A stretch of 64,000 nucleotides of DNA from assembly GCA_963836185.1 (NCBI GenBank), contig CAWIIQ010000001.1:288001-352000 (forward strand), given 5' to 3'. The DNA comes from Candidatus Krumholzibacteriia bacterium (GTDB lineage: Bacteria > Krumholzibacteriota > Krumholzibacteriia > Krumholzibacteriales > Krumholzibacteriaceae). Shown here one piece after another: positions 1 through 9,200 of this stretch. The stretch's first letter is position 1. The number at the start of each line of letters is the position of its first letter. The notes under the pieces were generated by a model. That model had not been told where the DNA came from and did no database searches. It saw only the letters and a list, made by a program, of their open reading frames with translations. The translations under genes and the position numbers were made by a program.

Positions 1-4
1 GACA

Positions 5-664
5 TCACTCATTCCTCCCCTGGATCCTTTGTACCTGTTCCGGCGAGACGGGGCCGGCCTCGAACCATTCGCTTCTGCTCGCCGCGTCGCGGCTGCGCGA
101 GAAGAGATGCGATATCAGGTCGTTTACGTTGAGCACCTGTTCCCTCCATGACGATCCCTGCCTGACACCGGCGCCTTCCTCTATCCAGCCTTCGACCTGT
201 TCGCCCTCCGATCCGGAGAACGGATTGACCGCTATGCTGAACTTCACCGTGAATCTCTTTCCTTCGGTCAGCCTGGAGAAAGGGATGAGAGAAATGCCCT
301 TGAGCCGGCTGATCATATTTTCCATGGCTTCTATCGATTCGATAGTGACAGTCGTGTCACCGTCAGAGACGGAGTAGATATCTTCCCAGACATCGTAGCG
401 GAGCGACCATGAGTGAATTCCCTCGACCTTTACTCCCCGGCCCTTCGTCGAAAGCTGGTAGAAGAGTTCGACGACGGCGGGGAGCCCGCTTTTCACCGTT
501 CCGGTGATCCTGTCGCTGAGCATCCCGCTGCTCGTGATATCACAGAAGAGGGTGCTGCCGTCAGTATAAATACGGGCATCTTTTATGACGGGGCGGTCCG
601 ATGACGGGGCACGGGCGGACGCCGGCATTGCGGCAAGGATCAGCCCCGCCGTCATGACCGTCAT
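5..664 (-). CDS. DUF4390-like periplasmic protein
   Basis: Signal-peptide-like N-terminus; 'SGLPAVVEL...LRYDVWEDIYSV' resembles DUF4390. Its stop overlaps an ATG (TGATG, positions 7-3) of a next gene running off the left edge. True start may be the ATG at 686 (GGAAGGA SD), separated by a 1-nt indel. Confidence 0.6.
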   Translation of the reverse strand: MTVMTAGLILAAMPASARAPSSDRPVIKDARIYTDGSTLFCDITSSGMLSDRITGTVKSGLPAVVELFYQLSTKGRGVKVEGIHSWSLRYDVWEDIYSVSDGDTTVTIESIEAMENMISRLKGISLIPFSRLTEGKRFTVKFSIAVNPFSGSEGEQVEGWIEEGAGVRQGSSWREQVLNVNDLISHLFSRSRDAASRSEWFEAGPVSPEQVQRIQGRNE

Positions 665-705
665 GAATGTGCGCCCAGTCTCTCATCGTTCCTTCCAACG
701 CCCGA

Positions 706-2136
706 TCAGTATGAGAATCCGATCGATCCATGTATCCTGTACGAGTCGCCCGTGGTCCCTTCACTCAGCGGAACGCCGACATCGACACCGAGCATCCCCA
801 GCCAGGGGAGGCGCAGTCTGAATCCATATCCGAGAGAGGATTGAATGGTCGAAGTCGTCAGCGGCTCGTCACGCAGCCAGCCCTGCCCCGCATCGAAGAA
901 GAGCAGACCGGTAAGTCTCGGAGGTTTCTGTCCCGACGGGATCAGCGGCACGCGCCATTCGAGCCCGGCTAGCCAGAATCCGTCGTTTCCGCCCGGGGGA
1001 GAGAGGCTCAGTTCCTGAAAGCCTCGTATCGAGTAGATGCCGCCTATCAAGAACTTGTCGAAGTAGGGTGTCCCGGACGAGGTGATCCCCGCCTTAAGCC
1101 GTCCGTTAATCGAACGCCAGCCGCCCGCCCCTAGATAGAACCTCGTTTCGAGAACTGCCTTCGAGAATATCTCGTCGCCGCCGAGCATCTCGGTGTTTGC
1201 CTGGAGGGAGAGGTTTGTGTATGAACCAGATCTCGGGAATGCCTGGGAGTCGCGAGTGTCGCGGATCATCCTGAACTGCAGGCCGGTGATGACGGTCTCT
1301 TTCAGATCCTGCTGCATCGACGGGGGGAGGTCGCTGCCCGTGTATTCATCGTCCGAATCGGCATCCCTGAAGGTGCTGTCCGGATCGACCTTTTCGGCAC
1401 GGAAGCCGAATGTGAATCTTGTCGTCCGTTCCTGCTTGTAGAGGAGATAGAGCTCGGTGCCGGCCCGTCCGATATTCTGCCTGAACTCCTGCTGCGCCGG
1501 CCTGTCTTCATGCGGCGGGTCACCCGGCCCGTAGAAGAGATGCTCCTGGTTGTAGATCCAGAAGCGGGCTCCCACTCCGGCGCCGTTGTCGAGAAGGCCC
1601 GGCTTCTCCCAGTCGGCGTCGATTCCGGTCAGGTGGAACCCGATCCTCACCCCGGCCCGCCACATCGAGTCGTTCCCTTTTACCGGCTGCCACCTGATGC
1701 CGGCTACGGTGAGGAACCATCCATAGATATCGTGATATCCGAATCCGGTCTCGAATGCGACCCGGCTGCGTTCATCTATTTCCATTTCCACGGCGACATA
1801 TCCGAGGCGTGAGCCGGGGCTTGTCGAGACGCGGACGTCGCGGATGAGGTGATGCGAGTGGAGAACATCGAGCCTTGCGCGGGCCAGCGCTCCGACCGTT
1901 ATTGTATCGCCCGGCCGCATCGTGAGAGCGCCGCGAAGGATCTCGTCGGGTATATGATCGTTGCCCGTGAATGTGACTCCGTCGAGCAGAAGCGCCCTGC
2001 CCGCTGGCATCGCCTGGTTCGCGGCAGAGGTCGTGTCATGCGCGGCGGCATTTCCCGATGCGGGCCAGACACAGGCCAGGAACACCGCAAAAAGCAGGAG
2101 GGGAGCGATATGCTTATTTTTCACAGGTCGTTTCAT
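706..2136 (-). CDS. Omp85 (BamA/TamA-family) outer membrane protein with one POTRA domain
   Basis: Signal peptide, POTRA ('VTFTGNDH'), 'RDTRD...FPRSG', L6 loop 'SIRGF', 'FFDAG', C-terminal 'IGFSY'. Start placed at MKRPVK (2136), downstream of a sigma54 promoter. Confidence 0.85.
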   Translation of the reverse strand: MKRPVKNKHIAPLLLFAVFLACVWPASGNAAAHDTTSAANQAMPAGRALLLDGVTFTGNDHIPDEILRGALTMRPGDTITVGALARARLDVLHSHHLIRDVRVSTSPGSRLGYVAVEMEIDERSRVAFETGFGYHDIYGWFLTVAGIRWQPVKGNDSMWRAGVRIGFHLTGIDADWEKPGLLDNGAGVGARFWIYNQEHLFYGPGDPPHEDRPAQQEFRQNIGRAGTELYLLYKQERTTRFTFGFRAEKVDPDSTFRDADSDDEYTGSDLPPSMQQDLKETVITGLQFRMIRDTRDSQAFPRSGSYTNLSLQANTEMLGGDEIFSKAVLETRFYLGAGGWRSINGRLKAGITSSGTPYFDKFLIGGIYSIRGFQELSLSPPGGNDGFWLAGLEWRVPLIPSGQKPPRLTGLLFFDAGQGWLRDEPLTTSTIQSSLGYGFRLRLPWLGMLGVDVGVPLSEGTTGDSYRIHGSIGFSY

Positions 2137-2150
2137 TACAAGTGTATAAC

Positions 2151-2165
2151 GCAATAGGCGTGCCA
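2151..2165 (-). promoter_or_regulatory. sigma54 (-24/-12) promoter of the Omp85-DUF4390 operon
   Basis: Minus strand reads TGGCACGCCTATTGC, a perfect TGGCAC-N5-TTGC; an IHF-like ATACAACAGGTTA lies at 2203-2191. Confidence 0.75.
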
Positions 2166-2382
2166 TGCCCCGGATCTGGCGACCATTCTGTAACCTGTTG
2201 TATAATAACAAGTAAGTGCGACCGTAGTTGCTGATTCAATGTGATGTTATGGCCAGATGTGTGAATATTTTATACACCATTGTGCCGATGACTCAAAGAA
2301 GAAACTGGAATCACATGAGCGGGTTTTGCGTAATACATCTTAGTACAGGTGTCCAGGTGGTGACTTAAAGGGAAGGGGCAGG

Positions 2383-3399
2383 ATGAACTCCAGCAGAATG
2401 CGCATCGCGGTTACAGCAGTATTGATCCTAATATCACTCACAGGCGGCCAGGTGTTCTCCGAAGAGAAGACAGCAGGGCTAGGCCCCCCGCCGGGCAGCT
2501 ATAAAATCACCGGCTCTGAGCCTGTAAGGATCCCGTTCACGATGCATGGAAGCGACATCATGATGGAATGCGAAGTCAACGGCGTGAAGTGCCAGATGCT
2601 GATAGACAACGGCGTGCTCTGGGACGAACTGATGTTCTTCGGTAACGAGACCTGCGATTCTCTCGGTTTCGTGCTCGAAGGCGGTGGGATAAATGTCGGC
2701 GGCGCCGGTGAGGGGGAGCCCCTTATGGCCGATGGGGCCTCGGGCGTAAAGCTGAGTTTTCCCGGGATCGAATTCACCGATCAGCCTGCTGTCGTCATGC
2801 GCAAGGATGCGGGGATGGGCAACTGGTGGCCAGGCGTCGAAGGGCAGGTCAGCGCCGTATTCTTCAAGCACTTTGTGACCGAAATAGATTTCGATGAATC
2901 AGTGATAGTCCTTCACAGGCCGGAGACTTTTAAATATTCGGGAGAGGGGAAAGTGATCCCTTTGAAGCAACTGCCCGACGGCTCGTGGATGTTCCCCGCG
3001 TCGGTGCAGGTGACAAAGGAGGGCGAAACGGTTGACGGCAACCTTATCCTCGACCTCGGCCAGGGGAATGCTGTCGATCTCTATTTGGGCTCACACACGG
3101 GCATCTCGCTTCCGGCGAACGTGAAGGAAAAGATCCTTGGTTACGGGGTCCAGGGCCCGATCACGGGGCACGTAGGAGTTGCGCACAGCATCATGATTGA
3201 CGGTTATGAGCTGAGCGATGTATATGCCGGATTCACAGAACCGGACGGCCGTACAGACAACGGTCAGGTCGGGATGATCGGGATGTCCATGTTTCAGAGG
3301 TTCAAGGTCATCTTCGACTATCCCCGCGCCAGGATGATACTCGAGCCGAGTCGAAGATTCACCGAACCGTTCGACGATCCTTTCAAGCGTGTGGACTAA
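2383..3399 (+). CDS. Secreted two-lobed retropepsin-like aspartyl protease family protein
   Basis: Signal peptide; two catalytic-like motifs 'MLIDNG' and 'LILDLG'; 'GMIGMSMFQRFKVIFDY' typical of this family; SD upstream. Confidence 0.7.
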   Translation: MNSSRMRIAVTAVLILISLTGGQVFSEEKTAGLGPPPGSYKITGSEPVRIPFTMHGSDIMMECEVNGVKCQMLIDNGVLWDELMFFGNETCDSLGFVLEGGGINVGGAGEGEPLMADGASGVKLSFPGIEFTDQPAVVMRKDAGMGNWWPGVEGQVSAVFFKHFVTEIDFDESVIVLHRPETFKYSGEGKVIPLKQLPDGSWMFPASVQVTKEGETVDGNLILDLGQGNAVDLYLGSHTGISLPANVKEKILGYGVQGPITGHVGVAHSIMIDGYELSDVYAGFTEPDGRTDNGQVGMIGMSMFQRFKVIFDYPRARMILEPSRRFTEPFDDPFKRVD

Positions 3400-3423
3400 T
3401 CGTCTAAGGGCCGTGCGCGACGA

Positions 3424-6123
3424 CTACCTCAGAAGGATCATCTTCTTCGTCTGCTCGAACTTTTCTGCTGTCAGCCGGTAGAAATAGACGCCGCTCGCAG
3501 CGGTTCTTCCCGATGAGTCGCTGCCGTTCCATTCCACTGTATGGCTGCCTCCGGATCGGATCCCGTCTGTCAGCGTCGTGACCAGTCTTCCCGTCACATC
3601 GTAGACGTCGATGCGGACGTGCGATCTCTCCGGCAGATAGAAGGCGATCGACGTCGACGGGTTGAACGGGTTCGGAACATTCTGGTAAAGTGTGAGGGGC
3701 ATCGCCGGCGCCTCGATCTCATCACTCTCGAAGAGGATCCTCCGGCCGCCCGATTCCTCTACCTCTATCCGGTAGAGATAGGTCACTCCCGGCTCGCATG
3801 TGCGATCCTTGACCGTAAAAGACATCCCGTCCCTCTCGAGATGAGCATCGTCGATCTCTTCGAAATCCCCCCCGGGATTCTCCGCACGCAGCACATGGAA
3901 CTCGGTCCCGTCGTCAGCCTGGGAGAGGGTCCAGTTGAGCTCTACCCATGAATCGGTCCACGACGCAGACCAGCTCTGCAGCAGGGTACCGACGTATATA
4001 TTCTCGGGCCTGAGCGTGGCAGCCGGCCCCCTGTTCCCATGAACGTCGACTGCGATGAGCTTGAAGAAATCCTGGTCGGCCGGCGTCCAGCCGGCGTCGA
4101 GAAATTCCGTATCGAATATGCTGCCCACGAAGTTCAGTCCGCCGGGAACAAAGTCCTCGGTCGCTCCCTTGTAGACCTCGTATAGCGAGAGGTCGGCCTC
4201 GGTTCCAGCGTCCCAGTACAGGTTCAGCCCGGGAGGTGCGAGGCTCTGGATGCCGCCGAAAGCGACCGGCTGCGCCGGAGACAGGTTGTCGACCGAGTAG
4301 CCGCTGTCGACCGGCGAGTCGAAGTAGAGGATCGAACCCTCCATATGGGCGGTCACGACAAAGTACTGCCACCCTGGATCGGTACCCATCGAGTCGAACA
4401 GGCTCTCAACCATCAGCGCGTACTCTTCAGCCTGACGTGCGGGGATATAGCCGACCAGTTCCCACGCCTCCCCGGCAGCGGTCTCGAGGTGTCTTACCGC
4501 GCCCACGCTGAGATCCTCGACCGGGCCGGCCTCCGCGAGCGGCATGGCCCGGCTGCTCGCTGCCATCTGGCCGGGTAGGAGCCTCCACGCCGAATAGCTG
4601 TCTATCCAGGCCTCGGGGAACGTATCGGCCTCGCTGGCCATCCACCTGAGCATCAGCCTTCCGCCCTGGTCGTTAGGTACGTCACTGACCGATGAGATCA
4701 CGGGCGGTTCGCTCAGAGGCCCGATCCCGCCATACATATTGATGCGGGAACCGAAGAGATCGAAATCGGCATTCCTGTCATCGGACCAGACGCAGTACGC
4801 GCCGCCCAGCAGGTCACTGGTCATATAAGTTCTGTCGACATCGCTGTCCTCGAAACCCGAAGTGACCTTCCGTCCCCCCGCGGTCCAGCGTGGGGTCCCG
4901 TCGTGGTCGATCTTCTGGGCATACAGTGCCATTGTGCCCTGGTCCGTGTCCCGGAAGTCATACATCAATACAATGGCGCCGCCTTCGCCGTCGGGGCATA
5001 TACATTCAGAGTAGGTCGGCCAGGAGCCGGTGCTGGCCAGGATGCCTCCGGGCCACCACAGGATGTCGCCGTCAGCATCGATTCTCTGTACAGTGGTGTG
5101 GATATCCATCCCTGCACCAAGGGTTCCGGCCACAAATCCGATTATCGCTCCCCCCTCGGTGTCTGTAGTTATTGTAGGTGGCCCTAATGTCGGTATTCCG
5201 TCAGCTATAGCCACTCCATCGGCAGCCCAGTCGCCATTGCCCCACTGATCGACCTTCTGGACGAACACTTCCTCGTCACCCGTCCTGTAATCCGTCCATA
5301 CGATTATGGCCCCCCCCGCACCGTCAGCAACCAGGGCGATGTTTCCCGGCGACGAAGGATCGGTGCACATGGCCGCTCCGGTCGCGCCCCAGGCGACGGC
5401 GCCGGTCAGATCGAACTTCTGGGCGTAGAGGTCGTTATTGCCGGACCTGTTGTCCCGGTAAGCAAGGATGAATTCTCCGCCGCCCGCCGGGATGACCGCC
5501 TGGGGGAACTGGGAGTCGGTGAGATTCGTCATCGGCTGCCCCGTTGCGCCCCAGAGACGATCGCCGTTTTCATCGATGCGCTGTCCTATTATGTCGTATG
5601 AACCGAAACGGTAATCGGACCACAGGACGATCGCTCCGCCGGCGCCGTCGGAGGTCATCAGGAGACTTTGCAGGCCGTTTATCTCGGTGAAGAGGCTGTC
5701 TCCGTTAACGGCCCAGAGAGGATTGCCATCGGGATCAAGCCTCTGGGCGAAGATCGCCATAGCCGGGCCCCGCTCATCCTGCCAGGCGACAATTGCTCCG
5801 CCCGCGCCGTCGGGCACGACCATCTGATAGCTCTGCGTACCAGTGGCGGTACAGACAGGGACGCCTCCCGCCGTCCAGGGAAGGTTCCCATCGGGATCGA
5901 GTCTTGCCGCGTAGATGTCAGGCGGGCCTCCTGTCCGCTCGTCCCTCCATGCTACGATGATCCCTCCGTCTCCGATCGTCTCCGTGATTGCCATATCATA
6001 CTCATCACCGGGCACTCCGGTTATCAGCACCCCGTTCTCCTCCCATACGGCATGGAGCGCGGTGATTCCTGTGATGACGGCGAAAAGCACAAGGACTGAA
6101 GCGACATTTGCGCGGCGTGTCAT
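3424..6123 (-). CDS. Secreted beta-propeller repeat protein with T9SS type-A/FlgD-Ig C-terminal domain (paralog 1)
   Basis: Start reassigned to MTRRANV (AAGGGAGG SD). Repeats 'DG.GGAI..W.D.R...D.YAQ..D..G...W'; 'DSGYSVDNL.P'; C-terminus 'QNVPNPFNP...SGVYFYRL...KKMILLR'. Confidence 0.85.
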   Translation of the reverse strand: MTRRANVASVLVLFAVITGITALHAVWEENGVLITGVPGDEYDMAITETIGDGGIIVAWRDERTGGPPDIYAARLDPDGNLPWTAGGVPVCTATGTQSYQMVVPDGAGGAIVAWQDERGPAMAIFAQRLDPDGNPLWAVNGDSLFTEINGLQSLLMTSDGAGGAIVLWSDYRFGSYDIIGQRIDENGDRLWGATGQPMTNLTDSQFPQAVIPAGGGEFILAYRDNRSGNNDLYAQKFDLTGAVAWGATGAAMCTDPSSPGNIALVADGAGGAIIVWTDYRTGDEEVFVQKVDQWGNGDWAADGVAIADGIPTLGPPTITTDTEGGAIIGFVAGTLGAGMDIHTTVQRIDADGDILWWPGGILASTGSWPTYSECICPDGEGGAIVLMYDFRDTDQGTMALYAQKIDHDGTPRWTAGGRKVTSGFEDSDVDRTYMTSDLLGGAYCVWSDDRNADFDLFGSRINMYGGIGPLSEPPVISSVSDVPNDQGGRLMLRWMASEADTFPEAWIDSYSAWRLLPGQMAASSRAMPLAEAGPVEDLSVGAVRHLETAAGEAWELVGYIPARQAEEYALMVESLFDSMGTDPGWQYFVVTAHMEGSILYFDSPVDSGYSVDNLSPAQPVAFGGIQSLAPPGLNLYWDAGTEADLSLYEVYKGATEDFVPGGLNFVGSIFDTEFLDAGWTPADQDFFKLIAVDVHGNRGPAATLRPENIYVGTLLQSWSASWTDSWVELNWTLSQADDGTEFHVLRAENPGGDFEEIDDAHLERDGMSFTVKDRTCEPGVTYLYRIEVEESGGRRILFESDEIEAPAMPLTLYQNVPNPFNPSTSIAFYLPERSHVRIDVYDVTGRLVTTLTDGIRSGGSHTVEWNGSDSSGRTAASGVYFYRLTAEKFEQTKKMILLR

Positions 6124-6279
6124 GGCACGGCCTCCCTTGAATGTGGAACTGGTTTTGCCTTTTGTGAGAGCGGATGCAGTATAGCATAAGGCGCAGAAAG
6201 GTGAAAACAATTCTGTCTTGTCCGCCAGTGCCGAATAAACATTCCTGTTATATCCTCTGAAAATGCTAGAATATAGAGG

Positions 6280-9200
6280 ATGCACTCGCCGACCGATCAT
6301 AAGATAAAAAGGGCCCGTTCCCTGTGGCTCTCTCTGGCCGCCTTCTGCATACCGGCGGTCATCGCCGTCAGCATATTGCCCGGCAGGGGCGGCACGAGCA
6401 GTTCGCCTCCATCCGCTGCACCTGACTCCCTTTGCAGGATTCTTCCCGCCGGCCCGCGCCCGGTGAGGAACTGGCCTATAAATCTGAGCAACTCGATTAT
6501 ATTTGCTCCCGCAGTGGCTGATATCGACGGCGACGGCACAGATGAGCTTGCCGTCGGGGTCAAGGACTGCCGCGTCTATCTTCTCGAAGGAAACGGGAGG
6601 ATCCTTCCCGGCTGGCCCTGTGAGACGGCTGCATTCATATCCCGCGGTACGATGATGGAAGATATCGATGGGGACGGAGAGTACGAGATCGCGGCCGGAA
6701 GCAACGATGGTCTGCTGCATATGTGGCGCGAGGACGGCAGCATCGTGGAAGGATGGCCGGTCGATCTGGGAGGCAGCGCCGCATCCGCTCCCATACCGAT
6801 TCGCTCTGAGCGGCTGGAGGGCACATCGATACTTGTCTGCAACTCGCCCGGAACCGTTCATCTTCTCTCACCCGCGGGGATCGATCGCGATGGGTGGCCG
6901 AAGAGACTGCCGCAGAGTATTCAAGCGACCCATTCTGACAGGCGGCCCGCCTGGGCAGTGGACCTTGACGGCGACGGCACGGCAGAAGTCATCTGCCAGA
7001 CAACAAGACCTCCAGTGATTCACGCCTGGTACCTCAGCGGCGATGAATATCCCGGATTTCCGATCGAACTGGGAGAAGACCCGGTCATCGGCATGGCGGT
7101 CAATGATAATTCAGATCCCGGGCGTATCGCCTCTCTGACAGCATTCGAGGTCTTCCTCCGGAACCTCGATAACGGGAATGTGATATCTCTTTCCCCGGTG
7201 AGTGAGAAGGATGTTTTCTTCGCCGGCCCCTGGTTTGTTTCGTCTGGAGAGGGGGGAGACGCGAAACCGGATCTCATCCTCGCTTCGACAATGAAGGGCC
7301 GGGTATATATGTGGGATCTCGATGGCCGGCTGAAGACGGGCTGGCCGGTCGACACAGACGGATTTATCTACGGTCTCCGCGAGGATCAGGAAAACCACGA
7401 GATCTTCGGGCCGCCGATAATGGCCGATGTAGATGGAGATGGCAGGAACGAGATAATACTGGGAAGCCGAGACCACCACCTTTACTGCTTCGAGCTCGAT
7501 GGTGCTCCTGTCCCGGGCTGGCCGGTCGTCCTTGACGATTTCATCTTCAACGCGTTGACCCTCGCGCAGCTGGACGGCAAAGGTGCTGAAGAACTGGTCG
7601 TCGGCCAGGCCGGAGAGACCCTCTTCGCCTGGCATCTTGATCCGTTCCGGCCTGTAAGAGAGGCGGGCGGCAGCCCTGAACCCCGCGCGTATTCAGAATG
7701 GCCGCCTGTATACTATACTGTTGCTCTTTTTATCCTGCTCATGCTGCTTCTCCTTATGCATCTGCTCAGGATGGAACTGACAGGTCATTTCGATTCCACG
7801 GGAAGAAGACTGCGTGGTGCGCTGATCTTCTTCAGCCTCTTCCTGGTGATCAGGGCGCTCTTCTTCGCCGGCGATCTCTACAGGTACAGGACTGTGATCG
7901 ACAGGCTCGAAAAAGCTGAGACAGCTGTGAGGACAAAACTTGAAACCGAACGTGTCGAGGCGCAGAAGCTGACGGATAAGCTCGCTGTAGATCTCCGGGC
8001 CTGCAGGCCTGAGAATCTCCTGGACCCGCACAGGGCCCTGCGCTGCCTCGAGCGGCTTGCTGACCGCAATCGTCTCGAATACAGGTTCAGCGGGATTCTT
8101 ATGGCTGATCGTTCGGGGCGTGTCATCAGGGGAGTGGGCCTGGGAAGAGGATGGTTCCATCTTTCAGAGATGGGACTGGAGGAAGGCGGCGCCGAAGATC
8201 CCGTGCTCCTCGGTGATATCCCCGTCTTTGCGACCGAGAGCGGCGTCGGCCTCTCCGGCGGACAGGATACATTGCGGGTTTTTCTTCTTACGAGTCTGCT
8301 CAACAAGGTCCCGAACTCGTTGGCTGACGCGACGGGATTTTCCGCCCATATCCTTGTCGACGGGATGCCGATGGCCTGGGGAGGCGCGGGTCCGCGGCCG
8401 TTCAGGAGCCTTCGCCCCTGGCTCGGCATCGTTCAGCCTTCGAGAGAGATGTCGATCGCTCGTTCACAGGACCAGCATGAGGTTACGGTCCTTCTCGCAA
8501 AAGAGGATTTCGACCGGCCTTTCTCGCAGTGGCTCGACCTCATGGCGGTCCTGATCATGCCCTGCATCTACCTTTTTGTCGCGAGATGGCAGGGGAGCAA
8601 GGGCAAGGTCAGGTTGAAGTACTGGTGGATAATCTCGTTCGCCCTGCTATATGTCATCGCCTCTGTTCTGCTTCATCGAGGCAGACTCGATGCAGGGCCC
8701 GTTCCGGCAGCGGGACGTGTACTCGAGGTGCTGCTGCACATGGCAGGGGTCACCGGAGTCGTTGTCGCGCTGCATCGGATAGTGACCTCGCGCAGGAGCC
8801 GGCGTCTCAATTTCGCCCTGCTGGGATCTTACCTCTTCGTGAGCCTGATACCCCTGACGGTGATAATGATCGTCGGGGGGAATCTCTTTCTCGGCGTTCA
8901 GCGCGGTGTTGTCGAAAAGACGATCGAGGGGCTGGAGAAACGGGCCGACAATATGGTCCTTGCCTATGTAGGAAACATGGGATTCAACAATCTGCTCGGC
9001 AAGGCCGGACCGGAGCTTTTCGAACTTTCCACAGAGACGAGCTGGCTCAACTTTGTCGCGGAGAACCAGTACCTGTTCACCTACGACCTGCCGAGTGCCT
9101 ACATCACACTCTGGGCCAGTGACAGGAATGATCCTGACAGATTCTTCACAGGCTATTCATACACGGCTCCCCGGACCGGGAAGCTCTACTACAAAAGGCC

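Noticed and set aside
6123-6138. TGGCAC as a sigma54 promoter for the kinase
   Set aside because: No GC at -12; it overlaps the start and SD of the divergent gene.
6124-6861. 246-aa N-terminal extension of the 3424 ORF overlapping the kinase
   Set aside because: SD and signal peptide place the start at 6123; the extension is antisense to the kinase gene.
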